Shown here piece by piece: positions 19,468-29,637 of a stretch of DNA of 64,000 bases. Position numbers and translations under genes: made by a program. The notes under the pieces are model-generated. The model saw only the letters and a program-made list of their open reading frames with translations. It made no database searches and was not told where the DNA came from. Origin of the DNA: Terriglobia bacterium (GTDB lineage Bacteria > Acidobacteriota > Terriglobia > 20CM-2-55-15); assembly GCA_965218585.1 (NCBI GenBank), contig CBDCLE010000004.1:32001-96000 (forward strand). The letters run 5' to 3'. Every line of letters begins with the position of its first letter. The first letter of the stretch is position 1.

Positions 19468-20520
19468 ATGACACCTGAGGGATCCAACTACAACGTGCTC
19501 ATCGCGAGCTACCTGGAACCGGAGCATGTGGAGCGCATCCGCAGCGTGGACCCGCGGCTCAACGTGATGTACGAACCCGAGCTGTTGCGACCACCTCGCT
19601 ACGCCGCCGACCACAAGGGGCGGGACGTCTCGCGATCGCCAGAGCAAGAGGCCCGCTGGCAACAACTACTCGGCGAGGCCGACATCCTATTTGACTTCGA
19701 TCAGACTCACCGTGAAGATCTCTCAGAACTAACTCCCCGAGTGCAATGGCTGCAGGCAACGAGTGCTGGTATAGGGCAATTCGTAAGAGAAATGGGTTAC
19801 GACGCGCGCATGCCCAATACCGTATTCACGACGGCTCGAGGCGTACATGCCAAACCGCTTGCCGAGTTTTGCCTTTTGACGATGCTGATGTTCAACAAGG
19901 ATCTCCCACGCATGCAGCGGGACCAGAAACGCAAGCATTGGCAACGATACGCCGGTACCGATTTGGATGGCCGCACGTTGGTGATCGTCGGCGTTGGGGC
20001 GGTCGGACGGGAGGTGGCACGCGTGGGTCGCGCGTTGGGGATGAACGTAATAGGAATCAAACGCCACCCAGAGGGGTTGGATCCGGCTTCGCTCAACCTG
20101 GACGAACTGCGGGGACCCGCGGATTTGCATTTCTTATTAAGGAAAGCGGAATATTTGGTCTTGGCGACGCCCCATACGCCCGAAACCGCCCGGATGATCG
20201 GAGCAACAGAGTTGGCGCTACTACCAAGAGGCGCCGTTCTCGTCAACATCGGCCGCGGCGCCCTTGCGGACGAGGCGGCGTTGATCGAAGCCCTGCGTTC
20301 GGGACACTTGCGAGCGGCGGGCCTCGACGTTTTCGCCCAGGAGCCGCTTCCCCAAGACAGTCCGCTGTGGGAGATGTCGAATGTGCTCGTTAGCCCACAT
20401 TCCGGCAGCACCAGTGATCGGGAGAACGAACGCGTGACCGATCTGTTTTGTGAGAACCTCGGTCGTTTCCTGGCCGACGAGCCGATGATCAACGTGCTCG
20501 ACATGGACCGGCTCTATTAG
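19468..20520 (+). CDS. D-2-hydroxyacid dehydrogenase
   Basis: GVGAVG, LVNIGRG, GLDVFAQEPL, SPHSG. Confidence 0.92.
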   Translation: MTPEGSNYNVLIASYLEPEHVERIRSVDPRLNVMYEPELLRPPRYAADHKGRDVSRSPEQEARWQQLLGEADILFDFDQTHREDLSELTPRVQWLQATSAGIGQFVREMGYDARMPNTVFTTARGVHAKPLAEFCLLTMLMFNKDLPRMQRDQKRKHWQRYAGTDLDGRTLVIVGVGAVGREVARVGRALGMNVIGIKRHPEGLDPASLNLDELRGPADLHFLLRKAEYLVLATPHTPETARMIGATELALLPRGAVLVNIGRGALADEAALIEALRSGHLRAAGLDVFAQEPLPQDSPLWEMSNVLVSPHSGSTSDRENERVTDLFCENLGRFLADEPMINVLDMDRLY

Positions 20521-20562
20521 GAGCCTTCAGCTATCAGTTGAGGAGCCTTCAGCTATCAGCTG
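20519..20562. repeat. 22-bp tandem duplication between convergent genes
   Basis: AGGAGCCTTCAGCTATCAG(T/C)TG twice, one mismatch. Confidence 0.85.
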
Positions 20563-20573
20563 ACACGCCCACC

Positions 20574-21725
20574 CTATCCACCGAGCAGCCCGCGCATCAA
20601 CGCGGCAACGGCAAACCCGGAGTAGTTTCCCACCGCATAGCCGAATATGCCAACCGCGACGCCAGGGAGTAGGGCATCCGAGTAACCACGGGCACTCGAC
20701 AATGCCATCGCAGAAGCCGCTCCCCCGATGGCGGCCTGTGAGGCCACGGCCAGGGTTCCGACGTCGAGACGTACCAACCGTCCGAGACCAAAGATGACGA
20801 CACCGTGGATGGCTACCGTGGTGATCGCGTAGTAGAAGACCGGGGGTCCGACCGCAACGAGCGTGGCTATGACCGAACGAGCGCCGTTACTCGCGAGAAA
20901 CAGCAGCACCAGATAATTCCCAAACACGGCGCTCCCCGTGAGCGCCTTGATCGCCGGGATCTGGGCCACGATCAACACGATCGTCGTGAGCCACAGCACC
21001 TCGGGAAGAATCGGGACGAGGGAAGCCAACTGGTCCGCGACCCACACCCCGCCCAACGCGATGGTCACCAGGGCAGCCGCGTCACTGAGTTGGACAGCGC
21101 GAATGCTGCTGTGGAGCGTCCGCTCGAGTGTGAACCCCCGAGTGGGTGCCGACGCCGGTGAGACGGGATCCTCCCGATCCGATGCTCGTCCCCGCCCGAG
21201 AAGGACCGGAACCGCGAGACACGCGGCCATCCAGGCAGCAGTCACGATGACGTCAGCGGCGGTGGCAGCCGCGAACAGATCGCTGCTTGTGCCTAGTTCC
21301 CTCCCGATCGCAGCGAAGTTCACGCCTCCCCCGGTGTACGTGCCGGTAAACTGGCCAGCCAGCTTCCAGGTCTCCGGCCCGACCAAGCCGGACAGCAGTA
21401 AACCGCCGGTGATCGCCCCGGCGGCCGTCCCAAACGCACCGATGCCAAACGCCGCCAACATGCGCGGCCCCGCTTGGACAATCGAGCGCAGGTCGACGCT
21501 CAGGAGGATGAGCGCGATCCCCACGTTGACTCCGGTACCCATGAGGAACTGATATGCGGGAGAGGTCCCTGGCAGTACGCCGATGTTCGACAGCACCAGC
21601 CCGAGAAGAATGCCCACCAGCGCCGCTCCGAGAGATCGGAACACGGCCACATGATTTTCGAGCCATATCGCGATGTAGACGACCGCCGCAAGCACGAGAA
21701 AGACGGCGAACGGATCTGATATCAT
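20574..21725 (-). CDS. DUF819-family membrane protein
   Basis: Polytopic; GTYTGGGVNF, VASQAAIGG, GYAVGNY. Confidence 0.85.
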   Translation of the reverse strand: MISDPFAVFLVLAAVVYIAIWLENHVAVFRSLGAALVGILLGLVLSNIGVLPGTSPAYQFLMGTGVNVGIALILLSVDLRSIVQAGPRMLAAFGIGAFGTAAGAITGGLLLSGLVGPETWKLAGQFTGTYTGGGVNFAAIGRELGTSSDLFAAATAADVIVTAAWMAACLAVPVLLGRGRASDREDPVSPASAPTRGFTLERTLHSSIRAVQLSDAAALVTIALGGVWVADQLASLVPILPEVLWLTTIVLIVAQIPAIKALTGSAVFGNYLVLLFLASNGARSVIATLVAVGPPVFYYAITTVAIHGVVIFGLGRLVRLDVGTLAVASQAAIGGAASAMALSSARGYSDALLPGVAVGIFGYAVGNYSGFAVAALMRGLLGG

Positions 21726-22211
21726 CTTTTCGGCCCTTTACTCAGCGCGTATCGAGTCGTGACGCGCGTCGTTGGGTTTGCCTCACGCACTCATGTTGTG
21801 AACGACCATTCCGCGACGTGCCAAACCCCTCGGATTCCGGGGCCGTCTTGAGACACCCCAGCGCATCCGATCACGCCAACCGTCACGCCGATCTTCGATT
21901 CTCGCATGATTCAGTTCGCGAGTGGCCCGGAAGAAATTGAACGGGCCGATTATAGACCCCCATCCCGAACGACCCGCGCCCCCAGGCACTTGTACGGTTT
22001 TGCGGTAACGACCAGGTGACCACTTCATTGACCTCGAGTCCCTTCCCTCGTAGTATTCAGCGAGATTGTGGTCTTGCCGAGAAAAACAGTTATGTCTTGC
22101 GGACGATGATGGCGCTTTCTCACCTGGCGAAGGTCGCCGACAATCGCCCCGGGCCGGGGATGCCGTCGTGACCAGCGAGCCAACGTCGTGTCCGCGACAC
22201 CCGCAGGATCG

Positions 22212-23720
22212 ATGAGTACCCTTTCCCGAGGCCTGCATGCCGCCTTCCACGAGCCGCACACGCGCGTCTACCGCGTGGTTCAGGGAACCGTATGGGCCCT
22301 GATCCTTCTGTCCATCACATTCCTCGTGGTCGAGGCTCTGCTGCCGGAAGACAGTCCTTTGATGCCACTCCTTCGCTACGTGGACCTCACGGTGCTGGCG
22401 ATCTTCGCCGTCGAGGTTGTCTTGCGGGTGGGCAGCTTCAAGCCCCCCTCGCTGAGAGTGTTCCGGCGCCCACCGATCGGACGCATCCGTACCCACCTGT
22501 TCTCCCGCCTGGCGTTCGCGGTGCATCCGCTGATCCTCGTCGACATCCTGGCGGTCCTGGCCCTCTTTCCTGAGCTTCGCGGGCTTCGTGCACTGCGACT
22601 CTTGCGCCTGCTACGCACCTCGCGGGTCTTTCAATATCGCAATCCCTTCGCCATTGTGTTGCGAACCCTGGAGGAAAACGGGTTGCTCTTCGCGTTCGCG
22701 TTTAGCGTTCTCGTTGTGACCACGATGCTCGGAGGCGTCAGCGTGTATCTGGTCGAGGGCCGGCTCAATCCGGAGATCAACAGCGTGCTCGACGGTGTAT
22801 GGTGGTCACTCGTTACGATCACCACCGTTGGTTTCGGAGACATCACACCGGTGACGCTGCTCGGACGCATCGTCGGCGCTGTGATGATGATCGCGGGAAT
22901 GTTCACGTTGGCCTTGTTCGCCGGCATCGTCGGGTCTAGCCTGGTTGCCGGCATGCTTAGCATCCGGGAGGAACAGTTTCGTATGAGCGGCTACGTCAAC
23001 CACGTTGTCCTGTGCGGATACGACCAGAGCACCCAGATGCTCCTGGAGGCCCTCACCCAGGAGCTCGATCTGACCCAAACCCGAGTGGTGATCTTCGACG
23101 ACCACGAGCGTCCGCGGGATCTGCCCCCAGATTTCCTGTGGGTCCAGGGCGATCCGACAAAGGAGAGCGAACTGGACAAAGTCCGCTTGACTCACGCGTC
23201 CGCAGTGATCGTTTCGGGAGCACGCGACACCAGTCCGCAGATCGCAGACGCGCGGACGATCCTCACGGTGTTCACGATCCGCTCGTTCCTCGAAAGGCAA
23301 GAAGCATCGATGCGGCACCGCCGTTTCCCGCTCTATGTCGTGGCGGAGATCCTCGATTCCGAGAACGTCGACCACGCGAAGACAGCGGGAGCGGACGAGG
23401 TAATCGAAACGCGGAGAATCGGCTCTTCCATGATCGCCCGCGCCGTCGGCTACCATGGAACGGCGACCACAATGAGCCGGGTTCTGGTCTCGGGCTTCCA
23501 CAACGTCTACATCGGGCAGATCCCCGACGCACCCGAGGACCCAGTCGTGTTCGGCGAATTGCTGGTTCGCATGCGGCTATCCGAACGCGGTGGGCTGATC
23601 ATCGGCCTCCGCACGCCGGCCGGTCAGGAAATCCTTAATCCGCCCAAGACCCACATGGTGGAGCCAGGAACACTCCTGATCTATCTCGCGGAGGAGCCGC
23701 TACTCGAGGCTCCCCGTTGA
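22212..23720 (+). CDS. Voltage-gated-type potassium channel with RCK/TrkA domain
   Basis: S4 LRGLRALRLLRLLR, selectivity filter TTVGFGD, NHVVLCG, QGDPT. Confidence 0.9.
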   Translation: MSTLSRGLHAAFHEPHTRVYRVVQGTVWALILLSITFLVVEALLPEDSPLMPLLRYVDLTVLAIFAVEVVLRVGSFKPPSLRVFRRPPIGRIRTHLFSRLAFAVHPLILVDILAVLALFPELRGLRALRLLRLLRTSRVFQYRNPFAIVLRTLEENGLLFAFAFSVLVVTTMLGGVSVYLVEGRLNPEINSVLDGVWWSLVTITTVGFGDITPVTLLGRIVGAVMMIAGMFTLALFAGIVGSSLVAGMLSIREEQFRMSGYVNHVVLCGYDQSTQMLLEALTQELDLTQTRVVIFDDHERPRDLPPDFLWVQGDPTKESELDKVRLTHASAVIVSGARDTSPQIADARTILTVFTIRSFLERQEASMRHRRFPLYVVAEILDSENVDHAKTAGADEVIETRRIGSSMIARAVGYHGTATTMSRVLVSGFHNVYIGQIPDAPEDPVVFGELLVRMRLSERGGLIIGLRTPAGQEILNPPKTHMVEPGTLLIYLAEEPLLEAPR

Positions 23721-23744
23721 GTATCGCCGTCTTGATAGACAGCC

Positions 23745-24536
23745 TTGAAGAACTGAAGGAACGACCGGTGCCGGTTCCGGTAACGACCGGTTGCCCGTTT
23801 TTGGGCCTTTTTTCAGTAGTTGCTCGAGCCGGGAAACTGAACCATGTGTTTTCCCGTTGGACGCGCGGTAGTATCCTGACCATTGACCAGCGATCGGATG
23901 TGCGGATCATGGCCAAAGTTCAAGGACGGGCTCAAACGCGGGATCGGAGACGATCTCACAATCAACCAATTGACCGATCTTTGGAGAGGAAGCAGATGAG
24001 AACACAAAAACGATATCTGGCATCAGCAACAATTTTAGGTATTTTTCTTGGCGTAGGAAGTGCCTTTGCTCACGTGACAATTTCCCCCACGGAATCCTCC
24101 ACGGGCACCACTGAAACCTACACGATGAACGTTCCTACCGAACGGGACACCGCCACAGTCCGGATCGAAGCCACGTTTCCGATGGGCATGACGGTCTCCG
24201 ACTTCGAATCCAAAACCGGTTGGGCGGTCGAACCAGAAATAAACGCTGAGGGCCACGTTGTAAGTGCGGTCTGGAGCGGTGGATCAATCCCTCCGGGTCA
24301 GGCTGAACAATTCAGCTTCACTGCACGAAACCCTGGAGCAGCAACCACTCTCATGTGGCAGGTCGTTCAAATTCATGCGGATGGAAGCATTGGGGAATGG
24401 GGTCGAACGGGCAACATAGCTGTGGTGGTCAGTAGCGATTAGCGTTTGCTGAAAGATCTCACAAGAGAAAATCTCAATTTCTATTATCGATTCCCTGTGG
24501 TTTGAAGAACTGAAAGAACGGGTACCAGTTCCGTAA
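23745..24536 (+). repeat. Imperfect ~40-bp direct repeats (23745-23783 and 24502-24536) encoding EELKER(V)PVP
   Basis: TTGAAGAACTGAAGGAACG vs TTGAAGAACTGAAAGAACG (18/19), continuing GGTGCCGGTTCCGGTAA vs GGTACCAGTTCCGTAA. Confidence 0.75.
23996..24442 (+). CDS. YcnI/DUF1775 copper-binding protein
   Basis: Signal peptide AFA|HVTISP, VPTERD, WSGG, Q..ADGS..W. Confidence 0.8.
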   Translation: MRTQKRYLASATILGIFLGVGSAFAHVTISPTESSTGTTETYTMNVPTERDTATVRIEATFPMGMTVSDFESKTGWAVEPEINAEGHVVSAVWSGGSIPPGQAEQFSFTARNPGAATTLMWQVVQIHADGSIGEWGRTGNIAVVVSSD

Positions 24537-24630
24537 TCGACCATGAAAAGGGTCTCAAGTCATGAAAGTCGACAAATGACGGGAGCCCACCTAGGCGTGT
24601 CGCAGTTCCGAGAAACAGGAGACCGAATCG

Positions 24631-26812
24631 TTGGATAAGCTGCGTAACTACGTGCTACCAATGGGCCTGGCGAGTGGCTTGGTTCTACTGCTGGTGGCTG
24701 GGTTTGCGTCAGTAACCGCCATGATGCGGATTTCACAAGCCAATCTCTCAGTAGAAGACCGATTCGAAGTCCTGTCACAGCTGGATACAATCGGCAACCG
24801 GGTCGATCAGGTCATCGACAGGGTTCGTATCTTCGTCCTGACCGGCACAGAGGAGTTCATCGAACCACTCGATGGCCTGTACAGAGAGATCGACAACGAT
24901 CTCGAAGACCTCGAACCACTCGTCGGGAATAGTCCTGCCCAGATTCAAAGACTCCAGGAACTCAGGCCCATGGTCGAGGATCGGCTCTCCATAGGCCAAG
25001 AGCACGTCGCCATTCGCCGGGAAAACAGTCTCGAACAGACTCTGGAACTCATTCCCGAAGCAGATGGACGCCTGGCGGAAATTCGCGCCTTGATAGCTGA
25101 CATGATAGACGCTGAAATCGGATTACTGGTCCAGGAACAGGCCGAGATACAGGAAACCAACGTCGTCGCATTGGGGACTATCGGGTTAGCAGGACTGTCG
25201 GGCCTGATCGTCCTGGGTCTGACCTTCATCGCCCTAAAAAGACAGACCTCTGAACGAACACGAGTCGAAAGCTCGCTTCAGAAGAGCGAGCTTCAGTTTA
25301 GTGCTCTTCTTGAATCTGCAACCGATGGAGTGGTGGTATGCGACAAGATTGGCAAGATACTTGTCGTCAACGCCGTAACAGAGCAACTGTTTGGATACGG
25401 GCGCGAGGAGCTGATCGGTGCATCGGTAGAAATGCTAGTTCCACGAGCGGAAAGGGACCAGCACCTGAAGGACCGAACCGCTTATCAGTCTGCACCGATC
25501 TCCCGCATGATGGCCGAGCGCACAGAGCTATCAGCGCAAAGGAAAGACGGCACTATTTTCCAGGTCGAGATCAGCTTGAGCCCAGCCACCATCGGAGACC
25601 AGTCGCTGGTCATGGGTTTGGTTCGTGACGTGACCGAGATCCGGGCCGCGCTGAGTTCCCGTCTGCGCTTGGCTGCGATGGTGGACGCATCGGCCGACGC
25701 TATCGTTGGCATGACACTGGACGGTACGATCGAAAGCTGGAACGAGGGCGCAGAACGACTGTATGGCTATTCTGAGCAGGAAGCCATAGGAATGCCGTTG
25801 AGTAGATTGGCACCGCCGGACCGTGCTCATGAGCAAACCAAAATAAGAGATGAGATCGCCCGAGGCAAACCGGCACACTTGCCTGACACCGTTCGAGTGA
25901 AAAAGAACGGCGACCGTGTTTCCGTCTCTATTAGCGGATACCCGATCAGAGATCGCCACGGAAGTGTAATCGCGTGGGCGGGGGTTGTTCGAGATCTCAC
26001 CGAACAAAAAAGGATGGAAGAGCAGTTCCAAGAGGCCCAGAGAATGCAGGCGTTCGGACAGTTAGCCGGTGGCGTGGCACACGATTTCAACAACATCATG
26101 ACGGTAATCGCAGGATACTCGTCGATCGCTAAGGAAGCATTGCCACACGGTTCTCCCGTAAGACAGCAACTTGGTGCAGTAGAACGAGCGGTGGGCCGCG
26201 GGACGGCACTCACGAGGCAGTTATTGGCTTTCAGTCGCAAACAGCGTGTAGAAGCCCGCGTGCTGGACTTGAAAGTGTTGTTGAGCGAACTTCTATGGGT
26301 GCTGGGCCGAACAATGGGTGAGGACGTAACTCTTAGCTCGAACCTCAGATCGTCATGGAATGTGAAGGCAGATCCAGCCCAGCTAGAACAGGTGCTCTTA
26401 AATCTCTCGAACAACGCCCGCGATGCTATGCCCAACGGCGGCAAACTCTCGATCGAAACGTCGGATGCCGCTCATGAAGGTGACCAAACGTTTAGCGAAG
26501 CAAACGACAAGAGTTATTTCCCGGAAAGCATTCCTTCTGGATCGTATGTGCGATTGAAAGTAACTGACAATGGGGTGGGGATGGATCAGGACACTCTCCG
26601 CCATATCTTCGAGCCTTTCTACACGACTAAAGAACGAGGTAAAGGGACCGGGCTCGGGTTGCCAGCGGTCTATGGAATTGTTGCGCAAGCTGGGGGCTTC
26701 CTGGGTGTAGAGAGTGAAGTAGGTCAAGGCAGTAGCTTTTACTTGTATTTGCCAAAAGCTGAAGGAGTCGTCGAACAAGTGGAGGCCGTCGATACAGAAG
26801 TGCCAAGCTTGT
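24631..26812 (+). pseudogene. CHASE3-PAS-PAS histidine kinase, probable hybrid with receiver domain lost at IS1182 remnant
   Basis: GGVAHDFNN, QVLLNL..NARDAM, DNGVG, KGTGLGL; the last ~65 codons of the called ORF are antisense IS1182 and unrelated sequence. Confidence 0.75.
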
Positions 26813-26928
26813 GGGAACGGTCTTCACCGGTGATATGTGCCATGACACATTTTACCAACCGCCATGGGGACCCCGAAGCCAGTTCACCGACTCCCGCCCG
26901 ACTGTCGCCGACTTTTCACACAGTCTGG
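26812..26928 (-). mobile_element. IS1182-family left-end remnant
   Basis: End CCAGACTGTGTGAAAAGT and transposase start MAHITGEDRS (ATG 26843), both recognised as IS1182-like from memory. Confidence 0.65.
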
Positions 26929-27200
26929 ACCGTGAAGATGATTCCGAACGCCCGATCCCAATGTTTCTCAGGACGTGAGAATTTTATAGCACCTAACTCC
27001 CTCTCCTAGTATTCTTTACCGAGTTTGCTCGGTTATTTCAGCGACACACTTTAACCATGGAATTCGGTCGCTGGCAGATCCTGTCACCATTGGCCAAGAG
27101 TGGACTGGCGGGTGCGGTATTCACGTCGTACGAGCTGAAGTTTCGGTGTTGCTTCGGGCGCGACGGCGTTTGAGGTATTGAAAATCAGAAGAGGGCGGCT

Positions 27201-28223
27201 ATGTGGCATACGAAGTTCGTGAGTTGGATGTGGGCGGTCGCTTTTGTCGCGTCCGCGCAATGGGGATTTGGGCAGATCAACGAAGAGGTCAATGCCGGAG
27301 CCGATCCTTATTCTCTGACTGAAAGCTTCTTCAAGCTTCCGGAGGGCCTTACGATTGGCTCCACGGTTGGGATGGCTCTTGATAGGGACGGTAGCAGCGT
27401 CTGGATGTTCGATCGATGTGGCCAGAGTGACTGTGTCGGCTCAGACCTGGACCCTATTCTGAAGTTTGATGCCTCGGGAACCCTGGTTAAGAGTTTTGGA
27501 GCGGGCATGATCGTGAGTCCTCACGGTATCAACATCGACGTCGACGGCAACGTCTGGGTGACCGACTATCAAGGGCCGGACGGCGTTGACCCCGGGCGGG
27601 ACGGTAAGGGCCACCAGGTATTCAAGTTCAGTCCGGATGGCGAACTCCTGATGACGCTCGGCAAGGCCGGTGTTGCGGGAAATGGCCCGGACGAGTTCAA
27701 TCAGCCGTCCGATGTGTTGGTCGCTCCCAACGGGGACATCTTCGTTGGGGACGGCCACGGCGGGGAATCCGCTCGTATAGTGAAGTTCTCGAAGAGCGGC
27801 GAGTTTATCAAGACCTGGGGAACTAAGGGCACAGCTCCCCGCGAGTTCGAGACGCCGCACGCGCTGGCCATGGATTCGCGCGGTAGACTGTTCGTTGGCG
27901 ACCGTCGGAACGATCGGGTCCAGATCTTCGATCAGGACGGTACCTTTCTTGAAGAATGGGCACAGTTCGGCCGGCCGAGCGGCATGTACATCGACAGGAA
28001 CGATATCCTCTACGTTGCCGATTCCGTTTCAGACAACCCGGGGGAGGATTCCCCCTGGAAGGAAGGTATCCGAATCGGTAGTGTGGCCGACGGTGAGGTC
28101 ACCACGTTCATAGACGAGCCCGAGCCTGATGGATCGCAGGAAGGCATCGTCGTGGACCACGACGGCAACATCTATACATCGCTCGGTGGCGGGATGGTCT
28201 TGAGGAAATACGTCAAGAAATAG
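27201..28223 (+). CDS. Secreted NHL-repeat beta-propeller (peptidyl-alpha-hydroxyglycine lyase-like)
   Basis: PHGINIDVDGNVWVTD, FNQPSDV..APNGDIFVGDG, FETPHALAMD, DRRNDRVQIFD. Confidence 0.88.
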   Translation: MWHTKFVSWMWAVAFVASAQWGFGQINEEVNAGADPYSLTESFFKLPEGLTIGSTVGMALDRDGSSVWMFDRCGQSDCVGSDLDPILKFDASGTLVKSFGAGMIVSPHGINIDVDGNVWVTDYQGPDGVDPGRDGKGHQVFKFSPDGELLMTLGKAGVAGNGPDEFNQPSDVLVAPNGDIFVGDGHGGESARIVKFSKSGEFIKTWGTKGTAPREFETPHALAMDSRGRLFVGDRRNDRVQIFDQDGTFLEEWAQFGRPSGMYIDRNDILYVADSVSDNPGEDSPWKEGIRIGSVADGEVTTFIDEPEPDGSQEGIVVDHDGNIYTSLGGGMVLRKYVKK

Positions 28224-28415
28224 GCAAGCTGAAGCCACTCCCGACGGATCCCGTTTCGGGCGTAAAGTGATGGGCAACAAGACCGATCCACGCCTGATCG
28301 ATTGTGGAAGCGACTGTCTGCCTGGCACCCCTAATCTGACAACACGCTCAATCGCGTCTTTTGATTGTTACAGTTGAGCCCTCGCGTCATACTGGCCCCA
28401 ACTAGGAGAACACCA

Positions 28416-28760
28416 ATGAAGCGTTTCATACTAGCTCTGCTCGTCTCGGGAGCGGCGATTCTCGCTGTTCAGGCAGCAGGCCAAGAAGCCAACGCAACAG
28501 AGCAGGAGATGCACCTGGAGATGAACATGCCGCAGGGTGGGAGTGTCCAGTTATCTGCTTTGAACATGACGAGGGATGAGTCGTCTTCGATAATCCGTCT
28601 GAGGGGGGAAGCAGAGATCAAGATTCGTGCAGTCCCCTTGCAGTTTCCAGTTCCGTATTTCACTGTGTTACGCGCCGACGAAGTATATTTTCATCTCGAC
28701 ACCGGCGAAATCGTCGAAGCTCGTGGCGACATTCGTGTGGCAATCGAGGAAGGTCGGTAG
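28416..28760 (+). CDS. Small secreted protein, possible OstA/LptA-like beta-jellyroll
   Basis: RBS AGGAG, signal peptide, LRGEAEI..LRADEV.F...GEIVEARGDI. Confidence 0.6.
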   Translation: MKRFILALLVSGAAILAVQAAGQEANATEQEMHLEMNMPQGGSVQLSALNMTRDESSSIIRLRGEAEIKIRAVPLQFPVPYFTVLRADEVYFHLDTGEIVEARGDIRVAIEEGR

Positions 28761-28844
28761 TCCTCTAAACCGAGGACCTGCCTATCGGAGACGGACCCTG
28801 TCTCAAGGTAAGATAAATCCTCTTCTCGGACGAGAAAGGAATCC

Positions 28845-29546
28845 GTGACAACTCCAGGCGCGATCACGTTCGACTGGTACGGTACATTGGCGGATCATCG
28901 GATTGGCATAGGCCGTGGACGCCAGTTTCGTGACTATCTGGCTTTACAAGGACTCGGCGGGGACGGGTGGGATCGGCGTGTTCTCTACGAGGTGTTCGAC
29001 TACTATGCCAGTGTCTACCGACCCGAACTGTCCGATTCCGAGAAGCGGTCCTTCTGGTCCGAGTTCACGCGGTTGCTCTTCGAAAGGGCCAGAGTCAACT
29101 GCTCGCCAGACGAGATTGGCGCTCATGCCGATGCGATCTCGGAAATTTTCGGATCAAGTTGTTTCCATCTGTTTGAAGACGTAAAGGAGACTCTTTCATA
29201 TCTTAAATCGAGGGGCTTGCGGTTGGGTCTTATTTCTAATTGGCAACGCGGTCTGAACTACTTCTGTGAAGAATTGGGCATCGCTTCGTCCTTCGATGTG
29301 ATCCTCTCATCTGCGGAAGTGGGATACAAAAAGCCAGACCCACGAATCTTCAGAGATGCCTTAGCGCGGCTCGGCACCTCACCCGGTCAGACTCTGCATG
29401 TTGGCGACTCGATCGATAATGATTTCAGAGGAGCGCAGGCAGCTGGCTTGGATGCACTATTGATCGACAGACGTAGTGTGCACGGAGGATTCCGAGACGC
29501 CAAGGTGTCCGACCTGAATGAACTGAAACACATATTGCACAATTAG
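28845..29546 (+). CDS. HAD-superfamily hydrolase
   Basis: FDWYGTL, ISN, KKPDPRIF, HVGDS..ND. Confidence 0.9.
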   Translation: MTTPGAITFDWYGTLADHRIGIGRGRQFRDYLALQGLGGDGWDRRVLYEVFDYYASVYRPELSDSEKRSFWSEFTRLLFERARVNCSPDEIGAHADAISEIFGSSCFHLFEDVKETLSYLKSRGLRLGLISNWQRGLNYFCEELGIASSFDVILSSAEVGYKKPDPRIFRDALARLGTSPGQTLHVGDSIDNDFRGAQAAGLDALLIDRRSVHGGFRDAKVSDLNELKHILHN

Positions 29547-29637
29547 GGGCCGGATTGCTCCGATCCCTGAAACGCTCGCCTTATTTGGTTGTCTCTGGGT
29601 ACTTGGCTTTCGACGTGGGCTGCAGTGGTGAGGCACG

